Shown here: positions 57,654-64,000 of the stretch, one piece after another
How positions within the stretch are numbered: position 1 is the stretch's first letter
How the letters are laid out: each line of letters starts with the position of its first letter
NCBI GenBank assembly: GCA_021780535.1
Contig: JAJXYN010000009.1
Span: 75,610 to 139,609, forward strand
Length of the DNA: 64,000 bases
Reading direction: 5' to 3'
Origin: a bacterium
Lineage (GTDB): Bacteria > Patescibacteriota > Patescibacteriia > JAGPKW01
Translations under genes and position numbers: made by a program
Notes under the pieces: generated by a model
What the model saw: the letters and a program-made list of their open reading frames with translations, nothing else
Database searches by the model: none
Told to the model about the DNA's origin: nothing

Positions 57654-59180
57654 ATGTCTTTGCAACTATATAATACAAAATCTAGAAAAAAAGAAAAATT
57701 TAAAACCGTTGATAATTCTAACACTGTTCGTATTTATAGTTGTGGTCCTACTGTTTATGATTTTGCTCATATTGGTAATTTTTCTATGTACATTTTTACC
57801 GATTTACTTAGAAGATATTTAGAAAATGGCCCTGATAAATTTTCTGTTAAACATGTTATGAATATAACCGATGTTGGGCATCTTAAGGTTGATGATGATG
57901 AAAATTATGATTTTGCTGCTAGTGAAGATAAATTTGAAATTGCTTCTCGCAAAGCCAATCTTAATCCTTGGGAAATTTCTAAAAAATACACTCAAGTTTT
58001 TTTAGACGATATGAAGAAATTAAATATTTTAAATCCTTCAGAAAATAATGGTTTTATGCCTCTTGCTACTGACAATATAAGGGAAATGCAAGCTATTATT
58101 TTAAAACTTATTAAAAATGGCTATGCTTATATTAGCAACCAAGAAAATATTTATTTTGACGTTTCTAAATTTCCTAAATATGGCGAATTTTCTGGAAAAA
58201 CATTAAAAGATCTTGAAGCTGGAAAAGGTGGAAGGATTGATGTTGAAGAATTATTAAAAGACAAAAAAAATATCTTTGATTTTTCTCTTTGGATTACTGA
58301 TGAATCTCATATTATGAAATGGGACTTTCCTTCTGCTATTAAATCTGGGAAATTTGGTTATCCAGGATGGCACATTGAATGCTCTGCTATGTCTATGAGG
58401 TTTTTGTCAGATGTTTTTAATTATAAAATTCCTGATTTTTCTAAATTTAAAACATTAGATATTCACACTGGCGGAGAAGATCACATCTTCCCTCACCACG
58501 AAGATGAAATTGCTCAATCTGAAGGTGTTACCGGTATTGAATTTTCAAACTTTTGGCTTCATAGAAAACATATTCTTGTTAATGGAGAAAAAATGAGTAA
58601 ATCTAAAGGTAATTTTTTTACTATTTCCGATCTTGAAAATGGAAAACTTGGTAATATTAAATTTAGTGCCTTAGATTTTAGAATGTGGACATTGCTTGGA
58701 CATTACAGAAGCCAGAGAGATTTTACTCTTGAAACCATGAAAGAAGCTAAAATTATAAGAGAGAGAGTCCAAAATTTTTATCAAAAAATTAAAGAGTCAA
58801 AAAATTTAGAGATTAAGCAATTAAAAGAAAACAAATTAGAGATTTTTAAAGAAGATTTTTATAATTATTTAAATGATGATTTGAATACGTCAGGAGCCTT
58901 GTCTGTTATATTTGAAATTATGGAAAATTATAATGAAAATAATGGAAATGATCTTAAAATTTTTAATTTTTTAAATGAATTCAATTCAATCTTTGCAATT
59001 ATAGATATAAATAAAAAAGAAATTGAAATCCCTAAAGAAATTATTGAATTAACTAACCAAAGATTAGAAGCTAAAAAAAATAAAAACTTTACATTGTCTG
59101 ATGAATTAAGAAATAAAATTGAAAATCTTGGATATATTATAAAAGACACAAAAGATAATTATGAAATTATAAAAAAATAG
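57654..59180 (+). CDS. cysS: Cysteinyl-tRNA synthetase
   Basis: CGPTVYDFAHIGN (HIGH-type). Zinc-binding Cys/His. KMSKSKGN. C-terminal DALR-like helical domain. Confidence 0.9.
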   Translation: MSLQLYNTKSRKKEKFKTVDNSNTVRIYSCGPTVYDFAHIGNFSMYIFTDLLRRYLENGPDKFSVKHVMNITDVGHLKVDDDENYDFAASEDKFEIASRKANLNPWEISKKYTQVFLDDMKKLNILNPSENNGFMPLATDNIREMQAIILKLIKNGYAYISNQENIYFDVSKFPKYGEFSGKTLKDLEAGKGGRIDVEELLKDKKNIFDFSLWITDESHIMKWDFPSAIKSGKFGYPGWHIECSAMSMRFLSDVFNYKIPDFSKFKTLDIHTGGEDHIFPHHEDEIAQSEGVTGIEFSNFWLHRKHILVNGEKMSKSKGNFFTISDLENGKLGNIKFSALDFRMWTLLGHYRSQRDFTLETMKEAKIIRERVQNFYQKIKESKNLEIKQLKENKLEIFKEDFYNYLNDDLNTSGALSVIFEIMENYNENNGNDLKIFNFLNEFNSIFAIIDINKKEIEIPKEIIELTNQRLEAKKNKNFTLSDELRNKIENLGYIIKDTKDNYEIIKK

Positions 59181-59195
59181 CAGGTGTTATACCTG

Positions 59196-59873
59196 TTATT
59201 TTAATACTATTATTTTTAAAACTTTAGCTCCAAAACTTTTTGAATTAGCTTTATTTTTCATCCAAATATCAACATGATCTGTCCCGGTATATCTTTGATT
59301 CATTCTATCTTCAACATAAAATATTCTATCTCCAAAATATTCTGGAATAAGTATTTTTGTATGAAATGGTAAATCGTTTGTTGCAACTATGTCTTCTGTA
59401 TTTCTTTCACAAACATTTAGATTCGAAGCGGTTATACATGGAGTATCATCAGTTTGACCAGATTCACTATTATAAGATGTTGCCGTTGTTATGAATGAAT
59501 CATTTATCTGTTTATTATATTTATCCATTATCTTTTTTACCTCTGCATCTGTTTTCCTTTCAAATATTTCTGGCACTTCATTCACTACACTCACATTTTC
59601 TAAAACAGAAGCCTTTTCAACTAATTCTTTTTTTGGATTTTCAACATTTTTTGCCAATACTTCTTTTACTGGTTGAATTACTTTTGTTGTATCTTTTTTA
59701 ACAATAGTTGTATTGTTTATGTTTTGTTTTAATGGCTCTTCAGCAACGGCCTCTTTCACAAATTGCTGTTTGATATCTTTAAATAACCCCATTTTAAAAG
59801 ACAAAATACTACTAACTAATATTATTAGCAATATTTGAGATGTGAATACAATTTTCCAATTAGGTTCTTTCAT
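59196..59873 (-). CDS. 3D-domain (MltA/YocH-like) cell-wall protein with N-terminal membrane anchor
   Basis: N-terminal TM helix. C-terminal GQTDDTPCITASN...DLPFHTKILIPEYFGDRIFYVEDRMNQRYTGTDHVDIW is a 3D-domain-like Asp cluster. Confidence 0.5.
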   Translation of the reverse strand: MKEPNWKIVFTSQILLIILVSSILSFKMGLFKDIKQQFVKEAVAEEPLKQNINNTTIVKKDTTKVIQPVKEVLAKNVENPKKELVEKASVLENVSVVNEVPEIFERKTDAEVKKIMDKYNKQINDSFITTATSYNSESGQTDDTPCITASNLNVCERNTEDIVATNDLPFHTKILIPEYFGDRIFYVEDRMNQRYTGTDHVDIWMKNKANSKSFGAKVLKIIVLK

Positions 59874-59987
59874 TTTTTGGAATTATTCATTATTCAAAAA
59901 ACACTAGCATAAAAATATGTATTTGTCAATGTAATATGCAATTTTTTTTGCTAATATAAAATAAAAAAACACTGTTTTAGTGCTTTT

Positions 59988-60995
59988 TTATTTAAAACCT
60001 AGATGTTTATATGCATTTTCTGTAACTATTCTACCCCTTTGTGTTCTTTGTAAAAATCCTATTTGAATTAAAAATGGTTCATATACATCTTCAATAGTAG
60101 CCATTTCTTCACTTGTGGCTGCAGATAATGTGTTTAATCCAACAGGACCACCATTAAATTTTTCTATTATAGTTTCAAGTATAAATCTATCTGCGTGATC
60201 TAAGCCCAATTCGTCAACCTCTAAAGAGTCTAGTGATTGCTTTGATTCTTTTACTGTAATTTTGTCTTTATTTTCTACACACACAAAGTCTCTAACTCTT
60301 TTTAATAGTCTATTAGCTATTCTTGGAGTCTTCCTTGATCTTTTTGCTATTTCCATAGCACCTTCATTATCTATATCTATATTAAGAATATTAGCTGATC
60401 TTTTTACTATTTGTTGTATTTCTTCATTTTCATAAAAACTTAGTCTGAATACATTCCCAAATCTATCTCTTAATGGTGAAGATATTAAACTTATCCTTGT
60501 TGTTGCTCCTATTATTGTTATTTTTGGTAAATCTATTCTAATTGTTTTTGCTGATGGGCCCTTTCCTACTATTATATCTAAGGCATAATCTTCCATTGCT
60601 GGATAAAGGACTTCCTCTACTACTTTATTTAATCTATGTATTTCATCTATAAACAAAATATCACCTTCTTCTAAATTTGTTAGTATGGCAGCTAAATCAC
60701 CTGCTTTTTCTAAAACTGGACCTGCCGTGATTTTTATATTAACACCCATTTCGTTTGCAATTATATTTGCAAGTGTTGTTTTTCCTAATCCTGGGGGACC
60801 ATAAAATAATATATGTTCTATCACATCTTTTCTTTTTTTTGCTGCATTCATTGATATAGAAAGATTCTTTTTTATATTTTCTTGGCCAACATAAGACTTT
60901 AAATCTTTTGGCCTTAAGGAATAGTCTACGACTTTATCTTCAATTAATTCATCGGGTTTTATTATTCTTTCTTCTAGTTCTACTTCGGGATTCAT
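59988..60995 (-). CDS. ruvB: Holliday junction branch-migration helicase RuvB
   Basis: AAA+ Walker [14 protein letters not shown], Walker [12 protein letters not shown]-terminal winged helix. Confidence 0.93.
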   Translation of the reverse strand: MNPEVELEERIIKPDELIEDKVVDYSLRPKDLKSYVGQENIKKNLSISMNAAKKRKDVIEHILFYGPPGLGKTTLANIIANEMGVNIKITAGPVLEKAGDLAAILTNLEEGDILFIDEIHRLNKVVEEVLYPAMEDYALDIIVGKGPSAKTIRIDLPKITIIGATTRISLISSPLRDRFGNVFRLSFYENEEIQQIVKRSANILNIDIDNEGAMEIAKRSRKTPRIANRLLKRVRDFVCVENKDKITVKESKQSLDSLEVDELGLDHADRFILETIIEKFNGGPVGLNTLSAATSEEMATIEDVYEPFLIQIGFLQRTQRGRIVTENAYKHLGFK

Positions 60996-61002
60996 TTTAT
61001 TA

Positions 61003-61031
61003 TTGACAAAATATTAAATATGTGATAATGT
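61003..61031 (+). promoter_or_regulatory. Consensus sigma70 promoter with no downstream ORF (candidate sRNA promoter)
   Basis: TTGACA-(17 nt)-TAATGT on the plus strand. The next plus-strand feature is a terminator at about 61205-61241, with only non-coding sequence between. Confidence 0.35.
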
Positions 61032-61204
61032 ATGTGTACTTTGAAAAGTATAGCACACAAAAAAAAGAAATAAAATAAAATAGCGTTTTTAAATCTGTGG
61101 GCACGACAAGCGGGAGATTAGATTTGTGGGGAAAAGGGATTAGTCTTTTTTCTACCATTAAATAATCTTTTTGCTCACAGTTTTAAGTACGTTATTTTTT
61201 TATA

Positions 61205-61241
61205 TAAAAAACACCATTATTATGGTGTTTTTGTATTTTTA
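61205..61241. terminator. Palindromic terminator overlapping the VanW-like gene stop; could also terminate a plus-strand sRNA
   Basis: aaaacaccat-tatt-atggtgtttt with T-runs on both strands. Confidence 0.55.
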
Positions 61242-63169
61242 TTTGTAGAATTTACATCTATCATCGTATTAGGGGTTTCTACAACAGCATCAGCAGATGG
61301 TTGATCTGGATTTGTAGTTGTTATAGGAGTTTCTGGTTGTGTTAATTTTTCAACACCTTTCATACATATTGCTTGCCATGGTTTATAATGACTTTTAAAT
61401 ACTTCATCAAACTTAGTTCCATCATCATATTCAACATTATAAGAAAATTCTGCATCTGCACCATTATGTGACGTTTCTGAACATTTTATCTTCCCAACTG
61501 GTAAATCTAATGTTTCTATCCATTTTGTACTTGGGGCTGTAACTATGTTTGTGACAACAGGTGTTCCAATTTTTATTTTTCTATCATCTTTTGTACCCCA
61601 AACAGAATAAGTAAGAGTATTAGTATTTAAATCTATACTAGTTTTTATTAAAATATAATTTTTTGTATTATTTGAAAATCTGAAATCTGGTTTCGGGAAA
61701 TATATCGTAGCATCTGTTCCAGCTGGTTCATAATACGGAACTCTATATGAGTGATTTTGTCTTTCTAATATTGGGAAACCTCCATTTAGAGCTGTTCTAA
61801 ACATTGTTGTCGCAACCTGACATAATCCTCCACCATATTCTTTCTCTGTTTTATCTCCTTTTATTACAAGTTCTGGGACATACCCCATAGCAGCGCTTAC
61901 AGATTTTAATGTTTTTATCATTGAAAATTCTTCGCCTGGCTTTACCAAAGTTCCATCAACATAACCTATTCCTGTTTTTATATTATGTATTCTATCAACT
62001 GATGATCCTTTAAAATTTGATGATCCTTCTGCTATTTTTTCTAACAATCCATATTTAACAACATCACTATCAGTATCACTCGGTGTTGATTCATCTATTG
62101 TTAAATAAACATCTTTCTTTAATGTAAGAATTGCATCTTGTAGTTTAGAATAAGAATCTACTTTATTAAGTGCCTCTCCTTTTGTTATTGGTGTGAATTT
62201 TATTGATTTACCATCTTTAATAACCAGTTCGCCATTATCTGGTTTTCTATCATTATCTGTGGCTATTTTATCTAAAAAAGCTTTCATGCTTTCATCTTTT
62301 AATTTTATATTTGCCTCTACAAATTCATTTTGATCATTTAATAAATATTCAAAATCAAACATGTTAATTAAATCAGATCTATTTAAAAGAATTTTATTAT
62401 CTTTATAATAAATATTTATAGGAGTATTATCCAATAATGAATTTGATTGTGTTAATGTGTTTGTTAATTTTTCTTCTACAATTTTTGGATTATTAATTAT
62501 TTTTTTTATATCTATATTTAGTGGACTAGTTTTATTTAATGAATTTATATAATTTAAAATACTGCTATTTATATTTGAAACATCATAGCTGAATCCTGGA
62601 TCTTCTTTTTTTATTATGAATTTATTATTTTCATTATCTGTAATAATACTAGCATTTACCGTTGCTTTCTCATTCTTTTTAATATCATTTTTTATATTAT
62701 CTATTTCATTTTGATTTATAGAATAATCAAAATTATATTTTTTTGTTTTAAATAAATTTTCTAAAAATAATTCTGGATCTATTTTTGTTTTTGAAAATTT
62801 TGAAAAAATTTGACTAATTATTTTGTCTTTTGAATTATTATCTATTAATTTTCCTAGTGACACATTTTGTACTATTTCATTATTGCTATCACTTTCTATT
62901 TTAAAATTTACTTGAGTATTTAAAATTTTATCTTCTTCTTTTTTGATAATATTTGTTATCTCTACCTTATTTTTAAAAGATATATTTTTATCTAAAAAAA
63001 ATGTATTTGCAGAAGCTATATTATCAAATATATAGTTTGCTCCCTGTACTAAAATTACTAAAAACAATATTGGCAACAAAACAAATAAAAAAATATCAAA
63101 AGAAAATACTGTTTTTTTGTTTTCTTTTTTTGTCTTTATTTTTTCTATTATATTTTTTATTATATTCAT
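61220..63169 (-). CDS. VanW-family protein (membrane-anchored)
   Basis: N-terminal TM helix. VanW core YGGGLCQVATTMFRTALNGGFPILERQNHSYRVPYY...GTDATI. Confidence 0.75.
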   Translation of the reverse strand: MNIIKNIIEKIKTKKENKKTVFSFDIFLFVLLPILFLVILVQGANYIFDNIASANTFFLDKNISFKNKVEITNIIKKEEDKILNTQVNFKIESDSNNEIVQNVSLGKLIDNNSKDKIISQIFSKFSKTKIDPELFLENLFKTKKYNFDYSINQNEIDNIKNDIKKNEKATVNASIITDNENNKFIIKKEDPGFSYDVSNINSSILNYINSLNKTSPLNIDIKKIINNPKIVEEKLTNTLTQSNSLLDNTPINIYYKDNKILLNRSDLINMFDFEYLLNDQNEFVEANIKLKDESMKAFLDKIATDNDRKPDNGELVIKDGKSIKFTPITKGEALNKVDSYSKLQDAILTLKKDVYLTIDESTPSDTDSDVVKYGLLEKIAEGSSNFKGSSVDRIHNIKTGIGYVDGTLVKPGEEFSMIKTLKSVSAAMGYVPELVIKGDKTEKEYGGGLCQVATTMFRTALNGGFPILERQNHSYRVPYYEPAGTDATIYFPKPDFRFSNNTKNYILIKTSIDLNTNTLTYSVWGTKDDRKIKIGTPVVTNIVTAPSTKWIETLDLPVGKIKCSETSHNGADAEFSYNVEYDDGTKFDEVFKSHYKPWQAICMKGVEKLTQPETPITTTNPDQPSADAVVETPNTMIDVNSTNKNTKTP

Positions 63170-63177
63170 TTAATATT

Positions 63178-63615
63178 CTATTTTTTTAATAACACTATTT
63201 TTAATATCCCATTTTCTATTTTCGCAGATGTTTTTTCTGGGATGATTTCTATTGGCAAAATTATTGATCTTGAAAAATTTCCATAGAAACATTCTCTGTG
63301 TATATATTTTTTTGTTTTTTCTTCTGTAATTTTTTTTCTAAAACCATCAATCATTATCTTCTCTGGTTCTATATTTATATTAATATCTTTTACACTAACT
63401 CCTGCAACTGGCGATTCTATAAATATATTTTTATCATCTTCTAATATATCAACAGACAATTCGCCTTTTTCTATAGTATATTCATTTTCAGAAAAATCAT
63501 TTATTAATATTTTGTTTAAATTAACAGTTTCTGAGTTTTGCTCTTCTTCTTGCTCTTTGAGATGTTTTTTTTCTTTTAGTGTTTTAGTTGTTGGTTTTAT
63601 TATTTTTTTAGACAT
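63178..63615 (-). CDS. Hsp20/alpha-crystallin-family small heat-shock protein
   Basis: C-terminal alpha-crystallin-like FSRSIILPIEIIPEKTSAKIENGILKIVLLKK with the upstream beta-sandwich segment. N-terminal Lys/Glu-rich extension. Confidence 0.55.
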   Translation of the reverse strand: MSKKIIKPTTKTLKEKKHLKEQEEEQNSETVNLNKILINDFSENEYTIEKGELSVDILEDDKNIFIESPVAGVSVKDININIEPEKIMIDGFRKKITEEKTKKYIHRECFYGNFSRSIILPIEIIPEKTSAKIENGILKIVLLKK

Positions 63616-63707
63616 ATATTTTTATTAAGCGTTATGCGTGCGTTATATATATTTTGTAAATTCTAGCTTTTATAATATTTTATATTTTATTTGCTTATAT
63701 TATACTA

Positions 63708-63968
63708 TTATTTCCTTATCATATCCAATATTAATAAATTTAATCTATAAAGTGATAAATCTTGATCTGTTTTTGATAAAACATCTATATCTTCTAAATC
63801 TTTATAATATTTTTTTAAATTTTCTTTGTTAAAATTTTTTAATTTAATTTTTATTGGAAATATTTTTTTTGGATTTTTCCAATTTAATTTATTTGCTATT
63901 TCAGAATCTGGATATTTCATAGAAATTAAATCAGAAACAGAAATCATTTCTTCAATATTATTTATCAT
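63708..63968 (-). CDS. Hypothetical protein (86 aa)
   Basis: ORF only, near the window edge. Confidence 0.3.
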   Translation of the reverse strand: MINNIEEMISVSDLISMKYPDSEIANKLNWKNPKKIFPIKIKLKNFNKENLKKYYKDLEDIDVLSKTDQDLSLYRLNLLILDMIRK

Positions 63969-64000
63969 TATTGTATTAAAGAAAATTAATTCATCTAATT

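Noticed and set aside
1-64000. Alternative genetic code (UGA recoding, as in some CPR or Mollicutes)
   Set aside because: Long housekeeping genes (valS, uvrA, pnp, ppsA, cysS) are intact at expected lengths under the standard code, and Trp is encoded by TGG. There is no evidence for recoding.

Overview
This window is AT-rich (roughly 25-30% GC), gene-dense, and uses the standard genetic code. Long housekeeping genes (ValRS 888 aa, UvrA 973 aa, PNPase 742 aa, PpsA 803 aa) are intact, which rules out UGA recoding. The gene content points to a small-genome bacterium, possibly a CPR/Patescibacteria-type lineage. The evidence is many hypothetical, Lys/Asn-rich, coiled-coil proteins, catalytically degenerate enzyme homologues, weak Shine-Dalgarno sequences and tRNA-Ile(UAU); this is a guess.

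Recognisable core genes are mfd (3' part), ppsA, trxB, valS, uvrA, tig, xerC/D-like recombinase, rpsT, ychF, dgkA, lexA, mnmA, rlmH, lspA, a dksA/traR-like gene, pnp, rpsO, hup (HU), cysS, ruvB, rubrerythrin, a DedA protein, a PIF1-like helicase, PhoH2 (PIN-PhoH) and an HD-GYP protein. Six tRNAs were found: Ala-UGC, Ile-UAU, Leu-UAG, Arg-UCU, His-GUG with an encoded G-1, and Gln-CUG. Many intergenic hairpin/T-run terminators are present, including two families of re-used palindromic terminators.

The most interesting loci are:
- 39.1-42.2 kb: a tRNA/recombinase-proximal cluster. It holds a RadC-like protein with a dead JAMM motif, overlapped by a protein with a C-terminal HEPN-type Rx4HG motif. 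These are followed by an unusual GC-rich leader (terminator hairpin plus a 10-nt motif present three times) in front of a stand-alone CheY-like receiver, and then PhoH2.
- 11.7-12.2 kb: a roughly 500-nt GC-enriched, highly structured non-coding locus between convergent terminators. It is a candidate ncRNA.
- 61.0-61.2 kb: a consensus sigma70 promoter, about 200 nt, and a terminator with no ORF. It is a candidate sRNA.
- 13.7-14.5 kb: a secreted-protein gene split by a single in-frame TAA.
- 5.6-10.4 kb: a 1414-aa coiled-coil/two-TM giant protein with two small acidic partners.

No CRISPR array, reverse transcriptase, transposase or rRNA was seen.
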